This document shows, piece by piece, positions 22,302 through 33,095 of a stretch of 64,000 nt of DNA. The translations under genes and the position numbers were made by a program. The stretch's first letter is position 1; each line of letters starts with the position of its first letter. The stretch lies in sequence record PP813861.1; one strand, given 5' to 3'. The notes below the pieces were generated by a model. The model was not told the DNA's origin and did no database searches. It saw only the letters and a list, made by a program, of their open reading frames with translations.

Positions 22302-22706
22302 TTACTCCTGTACATCCATCATTACACGTCCTTCGATAGACCAGTATAATTCATTTTCTAATGAATCATAAACCGTTCTATATTCACATGCCTCACCTTT
22401 GTTTAATTGACAGTCAACTTTAAGTACTCTGTTACCAACTAAACGATTACCATAAGCACGAATCACCAGTAATCCATTTGTCTTATTAGCAATAGTAAAT
22501 ACATATTTACCTTTTTTGGTATCATAAGCAGTAGCTGGTAAATTTACTATAAATGGACTATCTGAATTATCATTATCGGTATAATTAGGATCTTCAACGA
22601 TAATGTGTGCATTAAGATAAGTCGAGTCAATATCAAACTTACGTCCAGTTGCTTTAGACGTGTCAATTACTTTCATAGGTGGGTAGATATAACAGAACTC
22701 ACTCAT
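22302..22706 (-). CDS. Putative fibre-tip-like beta protein
   Basis: Start MSEF at 22706 overlaps the upstream stop (ATGA). The pattern VNLP...YVFTIANKT...LVIRA resembles the C-terminal domain of the upstream gene. Confidence 0.6.
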   Translation of the reverse strand: MSEFCYIYPPMKVIDTSKATGRKFDIDSTYLNAHIIVEDPNYTDNDNSDSPFIVNLPATAYDTKKGKYVFTIANKTNGLLVIRAYGNRLVGNRVLKVDCQLNKGEACEYRTVYDSLENELYWSIEGRVMMDVQE

Positions 22707-23653
22707 GATTGCATCCACCATGATAGACCAAGTGTATACATCGCTTTAGTTGTTTCATTATAACAGATAAATCGAGTATAACCATTATTAGGTAAGAAAC
22801 CAGTACTTGTATACATTGGCCTAATGATACTCTGTTGATAAGCAGTGGCTATATCAACATCTTCATTAGTTAAATTCAGTATTCGATATTCAGCACCAGC
22901 CTTAAGTTTCTCGCTATTACCAGAGGGTAGTATAACGCCTTTAGGTGACTCTACTATTTGAGCATCATCTGGTTTAGGCATTAGTACCAATAATCTACCT
23001 ATAGCTTGATCATAAGGTGGACAAATCCAATTACCAAATTTACCTGTTTCATTATCAACTGTAATTGTAAATGGTACAAGCAATTGCGGGAATATCTGAT
23101 ATCCATCTGTTGGTTCTGGATCAGGATCTGGATCAGGGTCCGGCGGATCAGGGTCAACATCACCACCTGAATGTAACCATAAATTTAACCATCCTCTCCA
23201 CCATAATGACGAATCAATAGCTTTAAATAAAAAGTTTGGTTGTTTCTTACCACCGGTATACGTTATATTAGATATTTCTAACCATATGTCACTAGCAGTA
23301 AAATTTAATTTAGCTTTATTAGCAACATACGCAACTAAAGCTTCGCTATTTTTTAACCCTTGAACAACCGTTACTTCTGATGCTGTCCAATATGGATTTT
23401 TAATATAATCATTAACATTAAAACGATTATAAAGAAAGTCGTAATAAACAGCACTATTAGTTGCATCTTTTTGAATGCGAACAAATGCCCTATTAGGCTC
23501 ATCGATAGTTGCACTATCCATTACCATTACAATAATGGACTTATCCTCAGATAAACCTAAATCCGGATATGCTGTTGTAACTGCTTTGAAGAAACCTATT
23601 CGTGGATCTTGCCCACGCGGGTTATCCGCAAGATTAAGAGTGAATCTACGCAT
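22703..23653 (-). CDS. Putative tail/baseplate-associated protein: Y-x-R domain, Asp-Pro linker, tip-like domain
   Basis: 316 aa. The N-terminal domain has LYNRFNV and SLWWRG, followed by the linker DVDPDPPDPDPDPDPEP and a C-terminal beta domain. Confidence 0.65.
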   Translation of the reverse strand: MRRFTLNLADNPRGQDPRIGFFKAVTTAYPDLGLSEDKSIIVMVMDSATIDEPNRAFVRIQKDATNSAVYYDFLYNRFNVNDYIKNPYWTASEVTVVQGLKNSEALVAYVANKAKLNFTASDIWLEISNITYTGGKKQPNFLFKAIDSSLWWRGWLNLWLHSGGDVDPDPPDPDPDPDPEPTDGYQIFPQLLVPFTITVDNETGKFGNWICPPYDQAIGRLLVLMPKPDDAQIVESPKGVILPSGNSEKLKAGAEYRILNLTNEDVDIATAYQQSIIRPMYTSTGFLPNNGYTRFICYNETTKAMYTLGLSWWMQS

Positions 23654-23677
23654 TGCACCACCTTTAGATTAATATAA

Positions 23678-23697
23678 GAGAGGGCCTTTGCCCTCTC
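23678..23697 (-). terminator. Hairpin terminator
   Basis: GAGAGGGC-CTTT-GCCCTCTC flanked by ATAA and TTTATGC, directly after the 23709 stop. Confidence 0.65.
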
Positions 23698-23708
23698 TCA
23701 TTTATGCA

Positions 23709-25049
<1,341 letters not shown>

Positions 25050-25224
25050 TTAATCCTCATAATTAGAGCGCGATGGGTTTCCATCTATAAAATCAGTCTG
25101 TTCTAGTTGTGTTAAAATAAAAAGTCTGGTATTATGAGCTTTACGTAATACCCTTGTAACAGTCTATTGATAGAAATGCCAATACTGGCTTTTATGGGTA
25201 GGCATAGTACTAACAGAGGTCATC

Positions 25225-25515
25225 ATGCTCGGTTTGACTATTAAAGCCTTGCTCTTCGTTTGGCCATTCCTTAAGAGGGCTATCTTTGGTGATAGAACTA
25301 TTAAGGAAGTGTTGCTGGAAAACAAACACGTCACGGCGATGTTGATCCTAGTCGTAATATTACTAGGTACCTTATTCATAGTGACTAGTGAGTTGAAGTC
25401 AGTTAAAGCAAGCAACTGGGCCGTTAAAGCCGAAATGGATCGACTCAAGAAAATGACGCCTGAGAAGGCTGAAATGCTTGAGCGCCGCCGTCGTTTAAAT
25501 GACTTGCTAAAGTAA
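25225..25515 (+). CDS. Small inner-membrane protein with a C-terminal coiled coil
   Basis: 96 aa with a GAGGT RBS, TM segment AMLILVVILLGTLFIV, then a charged heptad-like tail. Confidence 0.7.
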   Translation: MLGLTIKALLFVWPFLKRAIFGDRTIKEVLLENKHVTAMLILVVILLGTLFIVTSELKSVKASNWAVKAEMDRLKKMTPEKAEMLERRRRLNDLLK

Positions 25516-25535
25516 GTACCAAATTGGTGGATCAC

Positions 25536-25937
25536 ATGTCAAGAAAGTTCTTTCTAATACTCCTACCACTTATAAGTGGCTGTGTTTATACGCCACATGA
25601 GTACCACACGCACAACACGACTGTGGTCCAATATGAACACTCCTCTTCTACAGATGATCATACATCTGTTGTTACAACTAAAGAAGAGGTAATACAAAAA
25701 GTTCTGCCTACACCTAAAAAATATAGTAAGGATACTAGTAAGAAGTGTATGGTTTTCGAACTACCAAGAAAGAAACCGGTACCGCCAACACCGATTATTA
25801 CAGAGTTTATAGAAACTCCGGAACAAATCGATATCTTGTTGACTGACTATATAAAAGAATTAAAGTCACATATTGTATCTGAGCGCGCTAAAATTGAGCA
25901 AGCATATGAAGAATGGCGTGCAAAGTGTGATGAGTAA
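25536..25937 (+). CDS. Predicted lipoprotein
   Basis: From ATG 25536: MSRKFFLILLPLISG-C, a signal peptide with an ISGC lipobox. A Pro-rich segment and helical C-terminus with Cys follow. Confidence 0.7.
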   Translation: MSRKFFLILLPLISGCVYTPHEYHTHNTTVVQYEHSSSTDDHTSVVTTKEEVIQKVLPTPKKYSKDTSKKCMVFELPRKKPVPPTPIITEFIETPEQIDILLTDYIKELKSHIVSERAKIEQAYEEWRAKCDE

Positions 25938-25992
25938 TTTACTTGCTAGAATTATTATCTAGTTTAGTAATCGATCACATGAGGAAACAATA

Positions 25993-27441
25993 ATGGCAGA
26001 CGGTATGGTTTTATACACTGACGGATCATTCCGACAGGGTAAAGCTGGTTGGGGTATTCATGGTTATACCTATGAAAATGTTGCAATGAAATCTAAAGCA
26101 GCCACCAAACAGCAACCAACAGCTAAGGGATACTTAGATGTAGGTGCAGATGAGACATGCACTGTTTTAAATTATATTGATGCATTTGGTAGTGTAACTA
26201 ATAACCCTACTAATAATACAGGTGAGCTAACCGCTGCAATTGAGGCTTTCAAAATAGCTCATGAAGCAGATGCTCCTAGACTAACGATGCTCATGGATAG
26301 TGAATACGTTAGAAAAGGTATGACCGCATATTTACCCAAATGGATTAAGTCTAATTGGATTAAATCAGACGGCACGCCGGTAGCAAACCAGGACCTATGG
26401 AAACAGATGGTCGAACTAAAAGCTAAATGGGAAGAAACTAATAAACCATTAAGCATCCAATGGGTCCGTGGACATAACGGAGACATTGGTAATGAAAAAG
26501 CTGATGCTAACGCTAAGCTTGGTTCGGGACAGAATAATGATAAGCCAGTGATGGTTTCGGTTAAAGGCGAAGAAATTAACAAACTTAAAAAACAAGTTGT
26601 TAATCCACTTATCCTCGAAAGTAGGTTACTCTTCGCCATTAACTCTGGAGAAGAACCAGATGGGTTCTATTACACCTATAATTTAGGTCGTATGCATAAC
26701 TATGGTCATAAACCAAAAGACACTGCTAAAGATAAATTAGCTAAAGCTGATTTAATTTTAGGGCGTCGTATCTCTGAAGCAACCTTCAGTGTATATAAGG
26801 CAAATGAGCCAGATGAGTATCTCCAGTTACTAATTAATATGCATACAGAAGCACTGGGTACTGAAAATCCAGAACTGGGTATCATCAATTTGGCAAACGC
26901 ATACCGTGCAACCATTCGACAGAAAATTGAATCCATGGGACTACCTGCTCTAGTCGTATGGAAAGATATCAATGTTTTGTCGACGCCAACAGATGAACTC
27001 ATTAGTCGGACTCTTAATCCACCACGTATGGCAAATGATGCTGTAGCTACATTTAATGTTATGCGCAGTCGTCTTGAAGATTACTTGGCTGGTAAACTTG
27101 GAGAGTCGGTTGGTATTATTGATATTACCGAGCACTTCTTCGAGGAAGTCGCAAAGGGTAAGAAAGTTGGCTATCAACTACTTAAGACGATTACATCTAA
27201 TACAGGCTTTGTAGAAGTTCCGATCACATTTAAAGATCGTAAGATAAAATTAAAGCTTGTATTAAATATCGATATTCCAAGTAGAAACCAATTAGCTCGC
27301 ATTGGAGCTAATAAAGTTAAAATGGAAATTCTTGTAGTAGCTGAAGGCCCATATTCTTATTCATATTCAATTGTGTTCGTGACGGATGATGGTTCAGCTA
27401 TCTATCAATCACCCTATACACAATTTATTCTCCCAAAATAG
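25993..27441 (+). CDS. rnhA: Ribonuclease HI with a long C-terminal extension (phiKZ gp155-like)
   Basis: LYTDGS, TNNTGELTAA, MDSEYV, NQDLW, WVRGHNG, GNEKAD give a complete D-E-D-D active site. Confidence 0.92.
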   Translation: MADGMVLYTDGSFRQGKAGWGIHGYTYENVAMKSKAATKQQPTAKGYLDVGADETCTVLNYIDAFGSVTNNPTNNTGELTAAIEAFKIAHEADAPRLTMLMDSEYVRKGMTAYLPKWIKSNWIKSDGTPVANQDLWKQMVELKAKWEETNKPLSIQWVRGHNGDIGNEKADANAKLGSGQNNDKPVMVSVKGEEINKLKKQVVNPLILESRLLFAINSGEEPDGFYYTYNLGRMHNYGHKPKDTAKDKLAKADLILGRRISEATFSVYKANEPDEYLQLLINMHTEALGTENPELGIINLANAYRATIRQKIESMGLPALVVWKDINVLSTPTDELISRTLNPPRMANDAVATFNVMRSRLEDYLAGKLGESVGIIDITEHFFEEVAKGKKVGYQLLKTITSNTGFVEVPITFKDRKIKLKLVLNIDIPSRNQLARIGANKVKMEILVVAEGPYSYSYSIVFVTDDGSAIYQSPYTQFILPK

Positions 27442-27451
27442 TGGGTATTCC

Positions 27452-27871
27452 ATGAACCTTATTAGCAGATTCAAAAAGTCGGTTAAGAATGGTTTCAGGG
27501 CAATTTGGATTAAGCTCTGGGACTATGCTGATCCCGAACTAAAGCGGATGTGCGTCATGGCGTCACTGTACTCCGTTATAGTACAGTGTAAGACAAATGA
27601 GTGTGAAAAGATCTCTCATTTGAATTCTAACATGAAACTAGTACGCGATGAAGCTGCCTTACGACTCCCAATTCATTATGGGCCGTACGTATGGAAAGGC
27701 GTGATAGCAATCGATAAGATTGATAAAGCAGATCTAACCACTGATCAATTTTTCATGAGGCTTATTCGTAAGACTCCGTGTTGGATGAAATATGCTGATG
27801 ATGCAACTTTTTTAAAGGATTTGAAAACCCTCTTTAAATTAAGTTTACATGAGAAGTGTATTCCAAATTGA
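27452..27871 (+). CDS. Hypothetical protein (about 139 aa)
   Basis: The likely start MNLISRF is 10 nt after the RNase H stop; ends at a conserved hairpin. Confidence 0.65.
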   Translation: MNLISRFKKSVKNGFRAIWIKLWDYADPELKRMCVMASLYSVIVQCKTNECEKISHLNSNMKLVRDEAALRLPIHYGPYVWKGVIAIDKIDKADLTTDQFFMRLIRKTPCWMKYADDATFLKDLKTLFKLSLHEKCIPN

Positions 27872-27878
27872 TTGGTAC

Positions 27879-27918
27879 GACATAATGCCCTCTCCTTTTG
27901 GGAGAGGGCTTATGCTGT
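27879..27918. terminator. Bidirectional hairpin terminator, CATAA-hairpin-TTATG family
   Basis: GACATAATGCCCTCTCC-TTTTG-GGAGAGGGCTTATGCTGT between convergent genes. Confidence 0.8.
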
Positions 27919-28832
27919 TATCCAATGATTTCACGAAGAATATCTTCAGTGGCTTTCATTGTGTTCGCAGTCTCAACAATCTTAGTAAAGAGTGTTGAAT
28001 AACGTTCAACATGGTCTGCTGCCCATGTAACCCCTTCAATTAATGTCTGTAACAGCTCTGGAGAGGTGTCAGAGTTACTATCCTTAACATCCTCCATAAA
28101 GCTATCAATTAATTGACTAAGCGCTTCTGAAGCACGTTTTACATCATTTGGACGAACCCGTGATAAAATGCTACGAATATCGTTCATTTTCTTTGTTGCG
28201 TCAACAAATGAATTTAATGATGGGTAAAGCTTACCAAACTCAGCTGTACTTGACCGGTTGTCACTGTCATAGAAAGAAGCATCTTTAGCAAGATCATTGA
28301 TCGATGCCATTGCAAATGAATTAGCAAAGCCACGCTTATCCATTCGATCAGCACGCTGTTGTAGATAATATCCAAGTTGTGCTTTAACCGGGTCTAATAC
28401 CGCTGGAATAATAGTGGCCATTTCCTTAGCTTCTGTTAATAGATAATCAACATAGTCTGGAATCTCACCATTAAAACCAACTGGTTGTGGCACGATTGTA
28501 TTTGCTACTTCTAAATAATCAATGTGTGAAACTAAATGGCGCATCTGCGCTGGATGGAACTCAGGAATAATTTGATTACTCCAGTTAGTCATCGACGTAA
28601 ATGCATTACGAGCAGCGATAGCAAAATTAGCACCGCGTTTATTGATAATGTTAATAGCGTTTGTTGCGAAATTAGCTTCTTGAGAAATAGTCTCAGTAAT
28701 ATCTACAAGCTGTTGTTTTGGATCAACTTGTACTAAACTAATATCATCATTAACAATATTGTCAGATTCAATTAGATCCTGACAATCATTTTCTAGTGAA
28801 ATACTTTTAGCGTATTTATGGATGTTAAACAT
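27918..28832 (-). CDS. Virion head protein (phiKZ gp153-like)
   Basis: 304 aa with an N-terminal SISLE gp175-type cleavage motif; helical body. Confidence 0.65.
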   Translation of the reverse strand: MFNIHKYAKSISLENDCQDLIESDNIVNDDISLVQVDPKQQLVDITETISQEANFATNAINIINKRGANFAIAARNAFTSMTNWSNQIIPEFHPAQMRHLVSHIDYLEVANTIVPQPVGFNGEIPDYVDYLLTEAKEMATIIPAVLDPVKAQLGYYLQQRADRMDKRGFANSFAMASINDLAKDASFYDSDNRSSTAEFGKLYPSLNSFVDATKKMNDIRSILSRVRPNDVKRASEALSQLIDSFMEDVKDSNSDTSPELLQTLIEGVTWAADHVERYSTLFTKIVETANTMKATEDILREIIG

Positions 28833-28874
28833 GTCTTAATTTCCTTGCGCAAGGATTGTTGAATATGTAGACAT

Positions 28875-28882
28875 AAAATTAC
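28875..28882 (+). promoter_or_regulatory. Possible middle promoter motif (AAAATTAC)
   Basis: AT-rich motif ending in TAC about 48 nt upstream of uvsX; resembles the reported weak AAanntTAC consensus. Confidence 0.4.
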
Positions 28883-28929
28883 TCTCCAAATCAATTAATT
28901 GACTGTTTAACTTAAAAAATGGAGTCAAC

Positions 28930-30369
28930 ATGTTTGGTAAACATTTCGAACGTCCAGCTTTCCGACCGGCTCTTAACATCGGATGCCTTATGGACATTTC
29001 AACTGGTAAGTATGAACAAGGTAAGCATGGTGAAATGATTCTAAATGGTGGTATGGGATCACTAACTGGTATTGCTTCACGACCTAACAATTTTAAAACT
29101 GCATTAGGTATCTACCTCATGGCAATGATGCGCCGTGCTTTCCCCGGTGCACATGCAATGACTTACGATACAGAAGGTACATTAAACCCAGGTGCTCGAT
29201 TTACATCTTTAGCACAAGCTTATCCTGAGCTAGCTGCTATCGATTGGGAAAATGATGAGCAATACATGTTTACTGACTTATCTCGTTATACTGGGGATGA
29301 GTGGTTCAAAATCTTCCGCGATGCATTATCTGAAAAAGAAAAGGCTGAAAAAGATTATCTACGTACTACCCCATTTCTTGATGTGAATGGTAATAATAAG
29401 AAAGCACTGTACCCAACTGGCGGGTTCATTGATAGTTTCTCAAAGTTCATTGTCTCAGCTGTGTCTGAAATGTATGCTAAAAATGCTATCGGTGATTCTA
29501 AAGTAAACACTGATGCAATGACTAATGGTAAAGCTAAGAATCAGTTATTTAACCAGCTACCGCAGATCTGTGCTAAAACCAGTACATACATGATTCTCAC
29601 TGCACACGTTGGAGATATCATTCAAATTGAGATGTACCCTACTGATAAACGTAATCTATCGCATATGAAGAAGGATACGGTTCTTAAAGGGGTGTCAGGT
29701 GGTTTCTACTCTCTACCGAATAATGTGTTTTCTATTGAATCTAATAAACCGTTAGTCAATAAAGAAAAAATGCCTTTATATCCAATTGACAATTCAACTG
29801 CTATTGAAGGCGATACAGATCTACGTATTCTAGAAGTTATTAACTTACGTGGTAAAGGTGGAATTACTGGTCTACCATTCCATCTCATTGTTTCACAAAC
29901 TGAAGGTATTCTTCCATCACTATCAGAATTCCATTATTGCCGTGAAAATGATTGGGGGATTGGTGGTAATAACATTAACTACTTCGTTGAGCTATGTCCT
30001 GATATCAAACTAAGTCGGACCACTGTTCGTAAGAAATTGATGGATAACCCTGCTCTACAACGAGCTGTTGAAATCCAATCTGAAATGCTACAATTAATTC
30101 AATTCCAACGTTGGAATCTTGGAGATTATGTAGTAACGCCAGCTGAGCTATATGCTGATCTTAAAGTAATGGGTTATGATTGGGATATTATTCTTAATAA
30201 TACTCGTGGCTATTGGATGTTCGAAGAAGACGAACAGTTTAGTGATAAAAAATTCCTATCCACGTATGACCTACTACGTATGCGTAAAAGTGAATATAAA
30301 CCATACTGGATGACTGACGAAGAAAAAGCTAAAATTGTACCTCTTGAACTAGCTAAAGCAAAAGCTTAA
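28930..30369 (+). CDS. uvsX: RecA/UvsX-like recombinase (phiKZ gp152-like)
   Basis: P-loop SRPNNFKT (UvsX-type FK[ST]), YDTE, Walker B FIDSFS, MILTAH, LKGVSGG. Confidence 0.88.
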   Translation: MFGKHFERPAFRPALNIGCLMDISTGKYEQGKHGEMILNGGMGSLTGIASRPNNFKTALGIYLMAMMRRAFPGAHAMTYDTEGTLNPGARFTSLAQAYPELAAIDWENDEQYMFTDLSRYTGDEWFKIFRDALSEKEKAEKDYLRTTPFLDVNGNNKKALYPTGGFIDSFSKFIVSAVSEMYAKNAIGDSKVNTDAMTNGKAKNQLFNQLPQICAKTSTYMILTAHVGDIIQIEMYPTDKRNLSHMKKDTVLKGVSGGFYSLPNNVFSIESNKPLVNKEKMPLYPIDNSTAIEGDTDLRILEVINLRGKGGITGLPFHLIVSQTEGILPSLSEFHYCRENDWGIGGNNINYFVELCPDIKLSRTTVRKKLMDNPALQRAVEIQSEMLQLIQFQRWNLGDYVVTPAELYADLKVMGYDWDIILNNTRGYWMFEEDEQFSDKKFLSTYDLLRMRKSEYKPYWMTDEEKAKIVPLELAKAKA

Positions 30370-30400
30370 TGTTAGTATAGATGTTATCGCCAGTTTCAAA

Positions 30401-30431
30401 ATAACTAGGGGTCAATAAGATCCCTAGTTAT
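30401..30431. terminator. Hairpin after uvsX
   Basis: ATAACTAGGG / CCCTAGTTAT 10-bp stem, extendable inward; ends in TTATG. Confidence 0.6.
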
Positions 30432-30445
30432 GTCAGGTTTGGTAT

Positions 30446-30796
30446 ATGAATGTTTACACTTATCAGATAGCTAAATATAAGTTAGTTATAGAGAAAGGAA
30501 TAAAACCTCTAGACATAACTGTTAAATCAGGTGCGTATCAACTCGCACCTACTTGGTTAATGGTTATGGGACATAAGAAAGGAATTATATCAGATGATGA
30601 ATACACTGAAGCATATCTCAGTATGTTAGAGCAATCATTGATTGATAATCCAGAATTCTTTAAATGGTTCTTCCAATTAGAGGAAGTAGCATTAGGTTGT
30701 TATTGTCGCGCTGGTAATTTCTGTCACCGGCATTTATTAGTAGAATGGCTTGAAACAAAAACAGAGGTCATTTACTGTGGTGAGATATCAAAGTAA
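30446..30796 (+). CDS. DUF488/DUF4326-like small protein
   Basis: 116 aa with LAPTW, Y...Y, and C-terminal VALGCYCRAGNFCHRHLL (CxC-x4-CHR). Confidence 0.65.
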   Translation: MNVYTYQIAKYKLVIEKGIKPLDITVKSGAYQLAPTWLMVMGHKKGIISDDEYTEAYLSMLEQSLIDNPEFFKWFFQLEEVALGCYCRAGNFCHRHLLVEWLETKTEVIYCGEISK

Positions 30797-30819
30797 AATA
30801 AAGACCCTAAGGAACTATA

Positions 30820-31140
30820 ATGAAAACTACAGAAGATTATCGTTTAACACTTTGTCAACGTCTACGAATGTTTGATGTTGAACTATCAGAAGATCTATTA
30901 CGTCGATTACCAGTGTGTACAGACGTACCCACTTTATCAGCTTGCTTTCAGCAACTATTAGCTCAATACCCTAGTCAGACATTGACAGCTAGAACCACCA
31001 TTGATGATTCAGTCACCTTTGAAGTATGGTATGCTAATTTTCTAGCCAATATATTACCAATTCTTAAGAGGCATAGGTTACCACCATGTACTGACCAGAA
31101 TTCAATACCTGTCTATCAAGGGGTATCTCGCTCAAGCTAA
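30820..31140 (+). CDS. Hypothetical protein
   Basis: 106 aa with an AAGGA RBS. Confidence 0.7.
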   Translation: MKTTEDYRLTLCQRLRMFDVELSEDLLRRLPVCTDVPTLSACFQQLLAQYPSQTLTARTTIDDSVTFEVWYANFLANILPILKRHRLPPCTDQNSIPVYQGVSRSS

Positions 31141-31172
31141 TGGTATGTTAAACAACCTTAGAGGAAATTACC

Positions 31173-31847
31173 ATGACTAAACGAGAATTGGTAGAAAAAG
31201 AATGCCTATGGATTATTGACATGTTTCTACCTGGTAGTAGTAATGTTGATATCTATAAAGAAATGTTTGCACGAATGAATGATGAGGAATTTGAGGAGTG
31301 GATTAATAAGTTAGATTCTGGTGAAGAGATGTTGGCATTATATGCTCCTAACTTATGCACTAAGCCTAAATTAACTATTAAGCAAAATTATAAAGTTGCT
31401 AAAGCGATTGGTCATAATTTATTCCAACACATCATTTTAACTGATCCAGGTACTGGCCAGGTATATCGAACTGCTAATAAACATTTAGTTGGTTTAATAC
31501 CAATTCGTCGTCAAGTACAAATGCTTGAGAAAAAGAAAAGTATTCCAGGTTCTAGTCACGTGATTGACCAGAGGTCAGGGCAGGTAACTGGTGATTCTAA
31601 AGGATCACGTATGTCTGCACCAGAGATTCAAGTTAACGCTTCAAAAGGTCTCCGTTATTCCATGATCGAATTCATGAAACTGCGTGGTGGCGACCAGAAG
31701 GCGTATAATGCAATGAACCGCTCTATTATCGAAACTGGTAGTGCTTCTGTTGATTCCATCATGTCCACTTATGATACTACTGTGCAATCTAATAAAACAT
31801 TTGCATGTTATCTAAAAGGCATGATGCTACAAAATAACTTGGTGTAA
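31173..31847 (+). CDS. Virion RNA polymerase beta subunit, C-terminal part (phiKZ gp149-like)
   Basis: LTDPGTG and IDQRSGQVTGDSKGSRMSAPE match the beta C-terminal clamp region (RSTG...GGQRFGEME-like). Confidence 0.8.
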   Translation: MTKRELVEKECLWIIDMFLPGSSNVDIYKEMFARMNDEEFEEWINKLDSGEEMLALYAPNLCTKPKLTIKQNYKVAKAIGHNLFQHIILTDPGTGQVYRTANKHLVGLIPIRRQVQMLEKKKSIPGSSHVIDQRSGQVTGDSKGSRMSAPEIQVNASKGLRYSMIEFMKLRGGDQKAYNAMNRSIIETGSASVDSIMSTYDTTVQSNKTFACYLKGMMLQNNLV

Positions 31848-31849
31848 TT

Positions 31850-32356
31850 ATGAATAATCGCCAGATTTATGAAGATATGTGCGAAGCTTTAATTGTATCT
31901 AATACTGAGTTAGTAAATGGATACAGTGCTGAAATCATTGCGGATATTTTGGATTTACTAAATAACTGGAGTACCAATACTCATTGGTATCACATTGCTG
32001 ATAAAACAGTTATTAGGGATATCTGGAATTTATTCCGTAATAAAGGTAATCGTCTTCAACCTATCTTAAGTTTAGTTAGTCGATTTAAAATGGCTGTTAA
32101 TGATTGGGATGGTGTGGTGGAATTACTAGCTAATTCTATTTATCCTTATCAATCTAATTCAACTATTGTTGACCAAGAAATGTTAGCGCGATTAATTCCA
32201 CGAAAAGAATTAACTGACATTTTATACCAAAATGATTGGTTAGTTTGGATTATTTGCCAATGTTTAAATATCCGTTATATTACTAATCTAGTTGAATCTA
32301 TCCCAGTTCAAGCTAAGCCATCTAAAAAGAAGGCGGTAAATAATAATGTTTCGTAA
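31850..32356 (+). CDS. Hypothetical protein
   Basis: 168 aa, 2 nt after the gp149 stop. Confidence 0.7.
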   Translation: MNNRQIYEDMCEALIVSNTELVNGYSAEIIADILDLLNNWSTNTHWYHIADKTVIRDIWNLFRNKGNRLQPILSLVSRFKMAVNDWDGVVELLANSIYPYQSNSTIVDQEMLARLIPRKELTDILYQNDWLVWIICQCLNIRYITNLVESIPVQAKPSKKKAVNNNVS

Positions 32357-33062
32357 AATCTTAATTGATCTTGACTCACTATTAGATACACGATTAGGAA
32401 CCATTAGGTTACTAAATAAAGATGCAGCTAATAAGCTTGTTACCAATGGTCAAATTTACTGGCATAGGGAAATGGATGATTGGACTAAACTAACAGATGG
32501 TTTAGTAACTAATGAACAATTTGTCGAAGCTTATTCTAAACGTGGTGGTGAAAATACTGCTGACACTATCAATAGTTCTATATTCACTGGTATCATTCCA
32601 TTTATTATTCAATTAATAGCCCAATCAGATTTGAATAGATTAGATGGTATAGTTAATGCTAATTTTGAAACATGTCTTGAAGTCAATATCTGGCCATATG
32701 AATTGACACCAGATGCTCAAGATGAATTACTATACTGCTTACATAAGTACATTGGTGATCATATTCAGATCACCCTGATTAATACTCCATTAACAGACCT
32801 TACTTGTTCTAGATTAAACTCTATCTATTCAATGGCGATTATGTATAATTTTGGAGAATGGTGTAAAACCCATGTTCTTGAATTAGGACAAGTGTTGATG
32901 CCTGACTTTACTATTATTGGTCCAAAACTATTTGAGAAAGATGTAAGTGAATTAGCTGTTGAAGATAAACAGTTTATTATCATGGATTTCCAGTTAAAGC
33001 ATAAACTTAATATCGACTTTGATTTCATCGATGCTGAATACTTTTCCATGTTTAAGCCATGA
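32346..33062 (+). CDS. Hypothetical protein with a HAD-like N-terminal motif
   Basis: 238 aa starting ILIDLDSLLDT (DxD motif I-like). Confidence 0.55.
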   Translation: MFRKILIDLDSLLDTRLGTIRLLNKDAANKLVTNGQIYWHREMDDWTKLTDGLVTNEQFVEAYSKRGGENTADTINSSIFTGIIPFIIQLIAQSDLNRLDGIVNANFETCLEVNIWPYELTPDAQDELLYCLHKYIGDHIQITLINTPLTDLTCSRLNSIYSMAIMYNFGEWCKTHVLELGQVLMPDFTIIGPKLFEKDVSELAVEDKQFIIMDFQLKHKLNIDFDFIDAEYFSMFKP

Positions 33063-33068
33063 TACCCA

Positions 33069-33095
33069 ATAGAAAGCCCTATTAGGGCTTTCTAT
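33069..33095 (+). terminator. Intrinsic terminator
   Basis: ATAGAAAGCCCT-ATT-AGGGCTTTCTAT followed by GC and a long T run. Confidence 0.85.

Noticed and set aside
28836-29090. 84-aa minus-strand ORF
   Set aside because: It is antisense to uvsX and its promoter region, with no supporting signals.
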